DNA of 64,000 nucleotides. It comes from Mobula hypostoma. Its lineage: Eukaryota. Every line of letters starts with the position of its first letter. Position 1 is the first letter of the stretch. The notes beneath the pieces were generated by a model. It ran no database searches. It was not told the origin of the DNA and saw only the letters and a list, made by a program, of their open reading frames with translations. The DNA lies in the NCBI RefSeq assembly GCF_963921235.1, contig NC_086097.1, forward strand, positions 72,542,001 to 72,606,000, given 5' to 3'. This document shows, piece by piece, positions 12,367 to 25,508 of this stretch. Position numbers and translations under genes: made by a program.

Positions 12367-13399
12367 TATTCTCAGTAACTACAGTTTGCAAACCTGAGGC
12401 TGCAAGTGTTAGTTTTAGACTCCAGCATAGAAGAACTGAGGGCAATATATGGAGATCTTTGAGTATAAGCCTTGAAACTATCAAGGGGAATTTTGCAAGA
12501 TGGCATTTCAAACACAATCTGGCTACGTGGCAATATTAGCATTTATGATAAAGCATTTGAGAATTTTAGTTTTTATGTAGAATGAAAGAGAATATTTTTT
12601 CATTCAAACAACTTTATTAAAATTAAAACAAGAACCAGATTTTGGCATCTAGAACAACCTTGGAGCAATGCACAAGACAAATGATATTCTATTCAGGAAG
12701 GTGATAGAGAGATTGCAGAATCACTTTAATCGAGCTTCCTCAGAGTTCATAGAGAGTACAAGTGTAAGCCAAAAGGCAACAAGCAGTCATTACATAGACT
12801 GAAGAATCTCTTTCAATGCTATAATTATGGTCTTTCCTGACTTGGGCAGTGCTGACATTTGTGACCAATTTTACAATAAAGGAAATAAAATTAAAAATGT
12901 TAAAGCAATGTCTAACTTTTGAGTGTGCATGTTAGATATACACATTGATGGATTTAGTGTCAAAAATGTGTAAGAAGTTTGGTTGATGTATAATATCAAT
13001 ATAAATGCTGTTTGAGACAAATACCAGTAGCAAAGGTGATAGCTACAATATTGTCATTGTCACAGGAGTGAAACTGGTGTGAAAGCAAAGACTGACACTG
13101 GAAGTTGCTATGGGTGTAGTGGTGATAACTTGTAATGAGTGTGGCAGTATAAGGCAATGTGAAGGTTCAGCTGTAAAAGCAAAGGACATAACCTGTGTGT
13201 AAGAGCTGAAATTCACAATAATATCAGCCAAGTAGGTGAAGGTAACACTAATAACAGAAAGCCTCATGGGAGCAGTTTGTACAGTACTGAAGGTGATGAG
13301 TGACGTGCGGAGCAAAGTCTAACCAGCATGTACCCAGCTAGCAGCAGCATTGGAATCTGCTGGAATTTTAAAATTAAAGTAAAAATTAATGATCTTTAG

Positions 13400-15480
13400 T
13401 ACTGTTTCTAACTTCTCATTCATAGGCAGAGGAGACAATGATGCATTCAGTAAAGACAGTTAACCAAAACACATGGTGAATCTGAAAATACTTTGTGGAA
13501 GGATACTGACTACTCTAATATATAGTTTTTCAAAATCATAAAAATGTGAAGCTACCAGTCGTGGCCACAGACCAGGCAAATAGATGATGGAAAGACAGAC
13601 TAAGAAACTTAAAGGGCATTTTAAGAATTAGCTTCTGGATCAGTACAGAAGCATTCTCTTGTATACCAGCATTGAGGGGCACAAAGCCCATATATACATT
13701 CACTGAAAGGCAAGTCAATTTACTGGGATCGGTATCATATGAAGAAGAGGCTCGTTAATTTGAAGATGATGCTTCTCTTTGGCATTTATGATCAAATGGT
13801 GGACAAGTTGAACAAATCTGATGGGTAGGCCACAGAGAACGCCCTCTGCATACAAAGTAGGAGTTGTACCCCTGTGTTCTTAACTAGCGGTGTCCATTGT
13901 CTTTGCCAAACTGTACCTGTCATCTGTTTGTACACAATTAAGCAACACCATCTGACAGCCCATGTTCATAGCAACCAGACTTCTCAAGCCACTGTGGACA
14001 AAATGTTAAAGGCAGCCCCACACACTCTATGCAGGCAAGATGTTAACAAAACCAGAACTAAGAATGTTCCTGAATTTTTATCTTTCCCTTGTTGTGGTTC
14101 AATGCCCTGCCAATTTTTGCCAGATGTCATAAAGCATCAATGGTTCAAGGAGAGTGAACTATTGGAAACAGCAACCACTGTAAGAAATGACTTGGTGTGT
14201 CTGTTCCCATAATAAAGTTTGCTTGAGATGCCTCCAGTTATGGAGGTGAGGTATGGATAAGCCATGTTACGTACTGTTGGATCCAGCAAGAAGAAACTAC
14301 GCTCAGAGAAGATATTGGAAACCATATTTAGAATCAAAGCGTTCCAGCAGATATTTTGAGACAAGCCATTCACTCAGGCCACCAACACCAAATACTTGGA
14401 TAGCTCCCACAATAGTATCCTCACAAATATGGCAGACAGCTATCCTTCTGCCCCCATATATTGAATGTCAGTTATACAGACAGAGTGCCATAGGAAGTGT
14501 GTTACCAAGACTGGCTTCCAAAGAAGGGCATATGAAACATAGAAACGTAGAAAATCTATAATGTATGACATGCTGTGTTTACCCAACAGGCTGGAGAAAG
14601 CGAGTTTCTTGTAGCAGTGTTGGAAATAGCAAGGTTGAAACAGTATTATTTAGTGTTAAAGCCAGTATATGAGTAGAATTTGAGTTGCAGAACTGATTCA
14701 ATAACAAGTTGGGATAAGAATATAAAACTGTCCAAAAATCAAGGCTGTATCAAATTATTATGCCCCAAAAAACTACCAAGTACAATAATGAAGGAACTTC
14801 ACTTGGCACATCTGGGCATAGTTAATATGAAAACATTAGCACATACTTTTGTTTATCGGGCCAGCATAGATAAGGATCTAAAGGAGTTAACCAGCAAGTG
14901 CAGAGTGTACCACCCAATGCTACAGGGAGCACTATTCCTAAAGTATCCACATAATTACTGGGAGAAAGATGTGAACTGCATTTTTGGATGGACTTTCATT
15001 CAAAGTGTAATGGATCATGCATCATCATGGAACACACTGCAGAAGAATTCGATCCATTTTTATGTCACATGAGTTTCCCTTAAAAAATGTTTTGGATAAT
15101 GGTCTGCACTTTCGAGTAATTTCATTTTGAACAGTTTGTGAAACAGAAGTGGAATATTAACAATGTTTCACATAGCCATATGAGGAAGCTGAGAGATCAG
15201 CAAACAAATGGGGAAAAATCAGAGAATTATGTTTATATTACTGTTCCAAGAATTACTTCAATAGAATGTGTGAGGATGTCAGAAACCTTTGCATTTGCCA
15301 ACTGATCTAGGTGCAAGAGGGAAGAATTGTGAGTGTGCACGTGCACCTGAAATGAGTCCTATAGCAGATGAAATATTGTTGATGTACAAGGTGACTGAAG
15401 AGAACTTGGCCGTTATACCTTAAGTGAATTCAAAGATGGGTACTGCACAATCAATATAGTTCACCTAAAAAGATCATAGA
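13400..15480 (+). mobile_element. Highly decayed Ty3/Gypsy LTR-retrotransposon pol remnant
   Basis: RNase H motifs DASSYG (about 14227) and PARRNYAQ; integrase zinc-binding region ELHLAHLGIVNMKTLAHTFVYRASIDKDLKELTSKC (14680-15072 ORF); DNG..F core at about 15095. No LTRs recognised and the boundaries are rough. Confidence 0.65.
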
Positions 15481-15834
15481 TAATTCAAAAACAATTATTG
15501 CTAGATTTGTAAATTTGTTAGTATTGTTGAACTTGTTTCACTCTTATTCTTCTTTCAAATGGGAAAATATCTGAGCATAACATCATTGCATGGCATGTTT
15601 GATCATTTTGCTTGTGCACAGTCTGAGAAGAACCTTAGATGAATCAGGCATACTTTCTGGAGCTCCTGAATATTATTCAGCAGCCTCTGCATGTTACTTC
15701 ACTGAAGAGAGAAACTCACGAGGTCATTGTCAGTACATGTATATAGTACGTATTGGTAAAAAAAAATGTTTATATTTAGCACTTTCAAAAGAGGCTACTT
15801 TTGCTGTTCAGTGTCTCTCCAGGTGGAAAACTGA

Positions 15835-15910
15835 ACTAAAAACAGAATGTGCTCAAATACTCAGCATGTCAGATAGATTCTGTGGGGAGACAGAGTTAAT
15901 ATTTAAGGTC
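15835..15910 (-). mobile_element. Old PLE-type terminal remnant
   Basis: AAAACAGAATGTGCTCAAATACTCAGCATGTCAG..TCTGTGG..ACAGAGTTAATATTTAAGGTC resembles the ends at 38598 and 39160. Confidence 0.4.
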
Positions 15911-16311
15911 ACTTACAGGATTAACCCATATTTATTTACTTTAATTTGCAGATTGTGTGTGCACCTGTTTTTAAGCCTTCTAATTGTGGATAGTCAAACT
16001 ATTTGAATGAAATGTTTATTTATTGTAAACAGCAAATTAAAATTTAGGTTTGACTATGACTGACTCTTTAAAAATTAAACTGATTATAGCTGTATCTTTC
16101 TCAACTCATTTTATATTTCAGTAGTTGAATTTTATTTTACATTATTAATTTTACAGTTCTCTTTTTGTCAAGTAACTACACATGCACTTCTGAGTAACAA
16201 CAAGCAACATATACATTTTTCAATCAGAAAGTCATTGTTTTTCCTGTATCATTTTGCTGTATGTTCTACAACCCTTTCCCTCTCCACGTGACCATATTTT
16301 ATATTAATTCC

Positions 16312-16692
16312 ATTTATACTTTATTGTCGCCAAACAATTGATACTAGAATGTACAATCATCATAGAGATATTTGATTCTGCGCTTCCTGCTCCCTGGATT
16401 ACAAATTGATAGTAAATATTAAAAATTTAAATTATAAATCATAAATAGAAAAATTAGAAAAATGGAAAGTAAGGTAGTACAAAAAAACTGAGATGCAGGT
16501 CCGGATATTTGGAGGGTATGGCCCAGATCCGGGTCAGGATCCGTTCAGCAGTCTTATCACAGTTGGAAAGAAGCTGTTCCCAAATCTGGCCGTACGAGTC
16601 TTCAAGCTCCTGAACCTTCTCCCGGAGGGAAGAGGGACGAAAAGTATGTTGGCTGGATGGGTCATGTCCTTGATTATCCTGGCAGCACTGCT
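16312..16692 (-). mobile_element. Rex1-like LINE 3' end
   Basis: Reverse strand encodes ARIIKDMTHPANILFVPLPSGRRFRSLKTRTARFGNSFFPTVIRLLN followed by an AT-rich 3' UTR. Confidence 0.75.
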
Positions 16693-16954
16693 CCATTTAT
16701 TAAACTTGCATAAAATTCTTAATTAATAGTTGGTACTATAAGCTTTTTGTAAATCTATATTAACCACCACCACTCCATTTTCTTTATCCATCCTCTTGTC
16801 TATTTCATAGAGATAGTCAATGATGTTCATGTAGGGAATGCCCTTAAGAGGGAAGAACTGAAGAGATTTTCTAAAGCAGACACATATTGCTTATTTGTCT
16901 TTGTTTTGTACCTTGGCATTTATTATGTTTTGCACTTTGACATTATCTCTGCAG

Positions 16955-17121
16955 GTACAACAGAGCGGGTATGTCTGATCCAGGGAACAGTGGAAGCTCT
17001 GAATGCAGTTCACAGCTTCATTGCAGAGAAAATCCGAGAAATGCCTCAGAATGTGGCAAAGACAGAACCAGTTAGTATTCTACAGCCTCAGACCACAGTA
17101 AATCCAGATCGCATCAAACAA
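16955..17121 (+). CDS. NOVA1: NOVA1 coding exon (167 nt; C-terminal part of KH1 plus linker; equivalent to mammalian exon 3)
   Basis: (G)[55 protein letters not shown] matches NOVA1 as recalled; acceptor tctctgcag at 16954 (phase 1) and donor CAA/gtaagt at 17122 (phase 0). Confidence 0.97.
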
Positions 17122-19265
17122 GTAAGTTACCAATAATGTTTATTATTAGAATATTGTTTGAATTTGTATTAGCATACACAGATAGTGGTGGAAGGAAGAG
17201 GATGCTGACAAATCTACTCCTTACATAGCGAGTAAAACAATGCTAACTTTAAATGCAAGTCTTTTCAATCAAAAAGCGACTAAATTGAGATTGAGGTTAT
17301 CAGAAATTTAACTTTAAACCTATTTGTCTACAACCTATTTTGATGAGGTGATCAATTAATCATTCACTCAGGTAGCCCCTTCCATCTTCCCAAGCCCATG
17401 TTCATTATTTATGCGTAACTATAATTAATTTAGTTCAAGAAATGGAAGAAAGTTAGATATTGCTACCTTGTGCACAATTCTCTTGCTGATTGTCCTCAAT
17501 TTAACCCTTGATCTCTACGAGTGCATAAATTTCCATAGGTTTATTAATTGTGTTGATGAAACATATTGTTAAAGGAAGACTGTCTGCAATGGTTTTGTGT
17601 AAATAAATAGCAAATGGAAACACTTTTGAGCTGAGAAAAAGAAATACATTCTGATAGTTTACACTTATCTACTTTTCTAGTCAGTGACAATTGTGCAAAA
17701 TTACTACCTTTTCATATAAATCGGTTGTGCACTTCTTAGCATCATATTAGAAGATGAGTTTATCATAATTTTCTTCCTGTCCCTGTGAATTGAACCAACT
17801 ATTTTTCCAATTATGTCATTGTTACTTAATACAGTACAGTTTCAGATGCAATCATTCCTTTTGAAAATGATTACTATCTGAAATATTTTGTTCTATGCTG
17901 CAGTATCATTCATTTATGGTCTAGAATGTGCTACCGTGAGAATTCCCTTTGCAGCCTTTGACATCACTCATTATTCTGTAAAAGCTCTGTGCAATGTTAA
18001 AAAAAAACTGGCATTTGTAACACGATTATTTAAAACAAAAACATGTCAAGCAGTGTGCATATACGAGGAAAATTAGCAAAAAGTATACATTTTTTCAGTC
18101 TTCCATAATATATTGCATATCAAAGGCAACATTTTTGGGATCATGCTATTATTTGTTTTAAATAGGTACAAAATCACTGATAATTCATTAATAATCTTGA
18201 TTCAATTACTCTTCCTGTTGACTATGAAAAATCAGTGTGAAATCTTAGGCGCAAATCTTGAATATTACCAATTTACTGTAATGTGATTTGCTCCCATTCA
18301 GCCTCCATGAGAGGCAATTGCAAGAATTTAAAATCAAAATAATGAAGATTGTTTTTGAGATGAAGGTATTCACATCTGAGTTTTTGTCATGTTCAGCCAT
18401 TTGACGGGAACAAGAGACAATCCAAGTAAAACATCATTTATGGTTTCACATACATTGAAAATATAGATGTTCTGGCCACAGCAACCCAACAGGCCCACAA
18501 TGCACATGAAAAAGAAACAAGATGATTTCCAGAGGGAGGAATTAAATAATTTGCTGTGAATACTTAAGAGAATACAGTTGCTTTTGTAATGTGCAGGGCC
18601 TCTTCTGATGTCTCATGACTTCCTTCCCAGAGAAAACTGGAGGAGCCATGTTAGGTTGTATCCATATTGATTACCAACGCTGCTGGGAAGTTTGATTACA
18701 AACATGTACCCACATGTTAGCTTTAATGTTTGGGATCCCTATAAGTGGCTTTATTGTAATCTTGATCTAACAGTGGTTTGTACAAAAACATTCATATACT
18801 GTGAAGCAACTCTACTTTTCTGCCAGTTTGCATTCTAACAGCAGTGCTGAAAGCTTCACCTTCAATTTCTAGAAACTGAGAATTCAATGCTAACACTAGA
18901 TCTTGCCAAAGAAGGGGGCGAAGAATTTGACTTAAGTCATGTGTATTGTTCGAACAATTAACTATACTTTCACTGCTCTTTCAAAGTTCAGATTCATTAA
19001 AATTAATGGATTGCAATTTATTAATTGGAGCTCAGTTGTATTTAGTACAAGGGACCAAAAGCAAATTTATCCCTCATAATTATTTGTAGAAAATGTGTAA
19101 TCATTCAACTACTATGTAACTACAACTCCCTAAGCATTAAGATCCCATCCATTAAACCTGCCATAAGAGGCAATTCCACACAGTAAATTACATTTCTATA
19201 GAATATTGAACATAGAATAGTACAGCACAGTACAGGTCCTTCGGCCCACAATGTTGTGCCGACCC

Positions 19266-22175
19266 TCAAACCCTGCCTCCCATATAAGCCCTCACCTTAA
19301 ATTCCTCCATATACCTGTCTAGTAGTCTCTTAAACTTCACTAGTGTATCTGCCTCCACCACTGACTCAGGCAGTGCATTCCACGCACCAACCACTCTCTG
19401 AGTGAAAGACCTTCCTCTAATATCCCCCTTGAACTTCCCACCCCTTACCTTAAAGCCATGTCCTCTTGTATTGAGCAGTGGTGCCCTGGGGAAGAGGCGC
19501 TTGCTATCCACTCTATCTATTCCTCTTATTATCTTGTACACCTCTATCATGTCTCCTCTCATCCTCCTTCTCTCCAAAGAGTAAAACCCTAGCTCCCTTA
19601 ATCTCTGATCATAATGCATACTTTCTAAACCAGGCAGCATCCTGGCAAATCTCCTCTGTACCCTTTCCAATGCTTCCACATCCTTTCTATAGTGAGGTGA
19701 CCAGAACTGGACACAGTACTCCAAGTGTGGCCTAACCAGAGTTTTATAGAGCTGCATCATTACATCGCAACTCTTAAACTCTATCCCTTGACTTATGAAA
19801 GCTAACACCCCATAAGCTTTCTTAACTACCCTATCCACCTGTGAGGAAACTTTCAGGGATCTGTAGACATGTACCCCGAGATCCCTCTGCTCCTCCACAC
19901 TACCAAGTATCCTGCCATTTGCTTTGTACTCTGCCTTGGAGTTTGTCTTTCCAAAGTGTACCACCTCACACTTCTCTGGGTTGAACTCCACCTGCCACTT
20001 CTCAGCCCACTTCTGCATCCTATCAATGTCTCTCTGCAATCTTTGACAATCCTCTACACTATCTACAACACCACCAACCTTTGTGTCATCTGCAAACTTG
20101 CCAACCCACCCTTCTACCCTCACATCCAGGTCATTGATAAAAGTCACGAAAAGTAGAGGTTCCAGAACAGATCCTTGTGGGACACCACTAGTCACAATCC
20201 TCCAATCTGAATGTACTCCCTCCACAACCACCCTCTGCCTTCTGCAGGCAAGCCAATTCTGAATCCACCTGGCCAAACTTCCCTGGATCCCATGCCTTCT
20301 AACTTTCTGAATAAGCCTACTGTGTGGAACCTTGTCAAATGCCTTAATAAAATCCATATAGATCACATCCACTGCACTACCCTCATCTATATGCCTGGTC
20401 ACCTCCTCAAAGACTGCCCTTCACAAAGCCATGCTGACTGTCCCTGATCAGACCATGATTGTCTAAATGCCTATAGATCCTATCTCTAAGAATCTTTTCC
20501 AACAGCTTTGCCACCACGGACGTAAGGCTCACTGGTCTATAATTACCCAGATTATCCCTACTACCTTTTTTGAACAAGGGGACAACATTCGCCTCCCTCC
20601 AAGCCTCCGGTACCATTCGCGTGGACAACGAGGACATAAAGATCTTAGCCAGAGGCTCAGCAATCTCTTCTCTCGCCTCGTGGAGCAGCCTGGGGAATAT
20701 CCTGTCAGGCCCCAGGGACTTATCTGTCCTAATGTATTTTAACAACTCCAACACCTCCTCTCCCTTAATATCAACATGCTCCAGAACATAACCTCACTCA
20801 TATTGTCCTCACCGTCATCAAGTTCCCTCTCATTGGTGAATGCCGAAGTGAAGTATTCATTGAGGACCTCGCTCACTTCCACAGCCTCCAGGCACATCTT
20901 CCCACCTTTATCTCTAATCGGTCCTACCTTCACTCCTGTCATCCTTTTTTTCTTCACATAATTGAAGAATGCTTTGGGGTTTTCCTTTACCCTACTCGAC
21001 AATGCCTTCTCATGCTCCCTTCTTGCTCTTCTCAGCCCCTTCTTAAGCTCCTTTCTTGCTTCCCTATATTCCTCAATAGACCCATCTGATCCTTGCTTCC
21101 TAAACCTCATGTATGCTGCCTTCTTCCACCTGACTAGATCTTCCACCTCACTTGTCACCCATGGTTCCTTCACCCGACCATTCTTTATCTTCCTCACCAG
21201 GACAAATTTATCCCTAACATCCCGCAAGAGATCTCTAAACATCGACCACATGTCCATAGTACATTTCCCTGCAAAAACATCATCCCAATTCACACCCGCA
21301 AGATCTAGCCTTATAGCCTCATAATTTGCCTTTCCCCAATTAAAAATTTTCCTGTCCTCTCTGATTCTATCCCTTTCCATGATAATGCTAAAGGCCAGGG
21401 AGCAGTGGTCACTGTCCCCCAGATGCTCACCCACTGAGAGATCTGTGACATGACCCGGTTCATTAGCTAGTAGTAGATCTAGTATGGCATTCCCCCTGGT
21501 CGGCCTGTCCACATACTGTGACAGGAATCCGTCCTGGACACACTTAACAAACTCTGCCCCATCTAAACCCTTGGAACTAATCAGGTGCAAATCAATATTA
21601 GGGAAGTTAAAGTCACCCATGATAACAACCCTGTTATTTTTGCACCTTTCCAAAATCTGCCTCCCAATCTGCTCCTCTGTATCTCTGCTGCTACCAGGGG
21701 ACCTATAGAATACCCCCAATAGAGTAACTGCTCCCTTCCTGTTCCTGACTTCCACCCATATTGACTCAAAAGAGGATCCTGCTACATTACCCACCCTTTC
21801 TGTAGCTGTAATAGTATCCCTAACCAGTAATACCACCCCTCCTCCCCTTTTTCCGCCCTCTGTATCCCTTTTAAAGCACTGAAATCCAGGAATATTGAGA
21901 ATCCATTCCTGCCCTGGTGCCAGCCAAGTCTCTGTAATGGCCTCCACATCATAATTCCATGTATGTATCCAAGCTCTCAGTTCATCACCTTTGTTCCTGA
22001 TGCTTCTTGCATTGAGGTACACACATTTCAGCCCTTCTACCTTACTGTCTTTACACCATTTATTCTGCTTCTCTTTCCTCAAAGCCTCTCTGTATGCTAT
22101 ATCTGGCTTTACTCCATGCACTTCTTTCACTGCTGTATCACTCTGGGTCCCATCCCCCTCGCAAATTAGTTTAAA
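19266..22175 (-). pseudogene. CR1 ORF2 broken by two frameshifts
   Basis: Compared with the intact copy at 52109-55054, a 1-bp deletion near 20790 and an approximately 26-bp deletion near 20413 split ORF2 into the 463, 115 and 378 aa ORFs. Confidence 0.9.
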
Positions 22176-23090
22176 CCCTCCCGAACCATGCTAGCAAACC
22201 TACCTGCAAGGGTATTGCTCCCCCTCGAGTTCAGGTGCAACCCATCCAATCTGTACAGGTCCCACCTTCCCCAGAAGAGATCCCAATGATCTAAAAATCT
22301 AAAACCCTGCTCCTTGCACCAACTCCTCAGCCACGCATTCAACTGCCATCTCCTCTAATTCTTACCATCCCTGTCACGTAGCACTGGCAGCAATCCTGAG
22401 AACACCACCCTTGAGGTCCTGTTCTTCAGCCTTCTGCCTAGTTCCCGAAACTCACAATTCAGGACCTCATCCCTCTTCCTGCCTATGTCATTGGTCCCAC
22501 GTATCACGACTTCTGGTTGCTTTCCCTCTCATACCAGGATGTCGTGCACCCGGACCCTGGCACCCAGGAGGCAACAAACCATGCGGGTGGCCTTCTCATG
22601 TCCACAAAATCTCCTGTCTGCTCTCCTGACTATAGAGTCTCCAATGACGACAGCTCTCCTCTTCTCCGTCCCACCCTTCCGCACCACAGGGTTAGACTCA
22701 GTGCTGGAGGCCCTGCCACTGTGGCTCACACCTGGTCGGTCGTCCTCGCCAACAATATCCAGGATGGTAAACTTATTATTCAGGGGAATGGCTACATGGG
22801 TGCTCTGTACTACCTGTCTGCTCACCTTCACTTCCCCCCTCTGACTGTCACCCAGCGACCTGCTTCCAACAGCTTAGGTGTGACTATCTCCCTGTGGCTC
22901 TCATCTATGACTGCCTCATTCTCCCTTATGAGTCAAAGGTCATCCAGCTGCTGCTCCAGATTCCTTACACGGTCTTCCCGATCGCCCAGCCGTATGCACT
23001 TCTGGCAGATGTGACTCTGCGGGAGAGGGAAGTTCCCCCAAGACTGCCACATCTCACATGAGAGGCACATCGCCATCTCAAGAGACATTG
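22166..23090 (-). pseudogene. CR1 ORF1 (zinc finger/coiled coil plus SGNH esterase), disrupted
   Basis: MSLEMAMCLSCEMW..HICQKC..LEQQLDDL then an in-frame stop; RRAVVIGDSIVRRADRRFCG; ends ..HWDLFWGRWDLYRLDGLHLN..GLN*. Confidence 0.8.
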
Positions 23091-25218
23091 TAAAAACTAA
23101 CTGCGAGCTGGCTTGTCCTCCGCCTCTTCTCATCGAAGCCTCTCAAGTCAAAGCCTCAAAGCTGCACTCCTTCACTAGCCACTTTCCACTTGCCGCTTCG
23201 CTTGAGCTATCCCTCTATTTATCTGTTTGAACTTTTCAAAATGTTTGGTCACCTGACCTCGACTGCCCAATCAGCTGCTTTCTGCTGAGTCTGAGCTATT
23301 CAAATCTTGATTGTCTATTCAACGGCTTTCTGCTGATCTATTCAAATCTTGATTGACTTGATTGCACAGACCAACTGCACAGACCTTTGTATGGAAAATC
23401 TCCCACATTTACGGTGGAGACACATATAGGAGACAATAGGAGACACATCCAATAAAAATCTAATACAGCGAAGTAATCCACAGAATAGTTGGAATCACCA
23501 ATATTAGTTTTTAAGGTCCTACAGAAAACTATCCAATCTTCAAAGCAGGAATGTCCATTTATCCATGACATATGAGGAAACAAATTTATATTTTGATTCC
23601 CTTAACAGTGCATGAACCTCATCATCATTTCTTTTTTGTGAAACCAGGAGCATGACGTCAGGGAAAATGTGTTTGTTTTTGTACACAACAATTCAGATGA
23701 AATATGTGACATTTTACCCACAAAATGGAAGACCAGATTTATCATTGTTTCCAATATAGTATCTTGCCATTTCTAGTACTGCCTTATGATATTTTTAAGG
23801 ACACAAGAAATACAAACTGGAGTAAGATCTTCAGTACCTGCTAGTCCTTGGTACAAAGGCCTTGTAGTTGAAAGGCTGTTGGAATGATGGGCAAAATAAA
23901 TGGGCAAAGCTATTCCTTCAAATTCTTAAAACTAATTCCCCAGAGATTCCATTTCTCTCTGAGAGCATCTCAAATAATTGTAAAAGGTTGAAAACCTATC
24001 TCAAAGCTGTGATGAAAGTAGGAACCCAAATTGACAATTACTGACTGCAATAGGAAAGAAACCTCTTAAAACAACCACTGCTAGAGGATAAAAGATGAAC
24101 AGGTATCCTGCAACCTAATCTGCTAACAGATACATGTAGCACTAGTATTACTCATCAACTTGACGTCCCAAAAGAGCTCTAGTGATTAGATCACTTTGGA
24201 GACATTTGGATTATAATTTTGTTATATTTATCTTTCTTACTCTCCCTTTTTGTGTGCATGATTTTCAGTAACCTGTTTCTGAACTCCTTAGTTACAACAA
24301 AAAATCTGAAAGATTTAACAGAGTATCTTTATGTCCCATTTGAAAGTAGCAAAATTTCATTGTGCATTTGCTATATGGCCACTCCTTGTAAGTTACAGCT
24401 GCCTGACTAATGAAGTATTTGCGTGCAAGTTTCCCACATTATTGACAGGTGACGTTTTAAAAAGGGTTTGGGGAAATGTATTTTGACAACTAAAGGGATT
24501 CTTTTACAGCAGACAGTCTTCCTTTAGGCCTTTGAATAACATTTCTGCAGCACAAGAAATGCTTTAAAAATACGGCAAACAACAATTATTTTCTTTGTTG
24601 ATTTCAGACAAAATCGAATTACACTGACAGTGATTTTTTTTCTAAACATAACTACTGTTTAATATTGATGTAATAATGATTATAAACTGTTTTGAGTTTT
24701 AATTCTCACAAAATATTTGGAAAAATGGGATACTGACAAATTATTTCCCAGCCTAGCAAATCTACATTTTCATTTGGCTTTAACAAACAGATTTACAGTA
24801 CAATCTGTATAAGTTTATATAACTTTATTGTCAATCATTCGATTGTGAAGCTGTACTTTAGCCAAAGATTGATATTCTATTCAATACCAAGGAATGCGCC
24901 ATCAGACCTGTTAAAATGCTATCCTACAACTCTTGGAATGGCATTTAACTGGCATTGAATTGATACAGCATGTTGCTCCAATGTGTTTCTGCCTCAAAAC
25001 AGTAGATTAAGGAAATGTACTGTATTTTTTAGAAATGTGTATGGAGAAATGTTGTTCAAGAATTTGCTCAGAATTATTCAAATTTGTGCTAAAAATACAG
25101 AGATGGCTGCATCCTTATTCAGGGTTGTAGCAGCTACAGTAGGTAGCAATTATTGAAAAATATTGAAAAGGCGTAATTTGTTTGATGCTAATGACTTAAT
25201 AATTTAAACACCAGCTCT

Positions 25219-25508
25219 TCATCGTAAATCTCATCCATCCTTCATTGGCATAGGCTGGTTGTGAATGAATAATTATGGAAAAATAACTAATTTATTAACC
25301 AAACTAAGCTACCATGGACTGTTTGCAATATTTTGCATTGGGATTGTTCAGTATAAGGCTTAAGGTTGGTGATTTCCTCCTGAATTGCTTTATTCCCAGA
25401 CATTGCCATCTTCCCCAACTACCACCAAGTCCTCTCCATCTGACCCCATGACCACCACCAGAGCCAATCAGGTACAGTATCATCTATCATCTACACCATA
25501 CTTTCACA
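25219..25508 (+). promoter_or_regulatory. YCAY clusters around and inside the NOVA1 alternative exon (candidate NOVA autoregulatory sites)
   Basis: Four YCAY at 25219-25245, six inside the 72-nt exon, and four within 40 nt after the donor (TCATCTATCATCTACACCATACTTTCAC). Confidence 0.7.
25400..25471 (+). CDS. NOVA1: NOVA1 72-nt cassette exon (Ser/Thr/Pro-rich linker; equivalent to mammalian exon 4)
   Basis: TLPSSPTTTKSSPSDPMTTTRANQ continues in frame from ..DRIKQ; acceptor tattcccag at 25399, weak donor CAG/gtacag at 25472; symmetric phase 0. Confidence 0.96.

Larger units (their letters stand above)
19198..23380 (-). mobile_element. Near full-length young CR1 LINE (5' UTR, ORF1, ORF2, tail) in NOVA1 intron 3
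   Basis: ORF1 has CxxC..HxCxxC plus coiled coil and SGNH esterase motifs (VVIGDSIVR, DGLHLN); ORF2 is APE endonuclease plus RT (FADD); TTCTATG-type tail at 19198-19220; the 5' UTR holds a short imperfect tandem duplication (23278-23355). Confidence 0.95.

Noticed and set aside
15590..16006. 138-aa ORF
   Set aside because: No recognisable domain, overlaps an old repeat remnant, and has no splice-site or homology support.
16906..17136. 76-aa single-exon ORF, and a possible NOVA2 assignment because of HSF
   Set aside because: Only 16955-17121 is bounded by splice sites; the remaining residues and the 72-nt exon match NOVA1 as recalled, not NOVA2.
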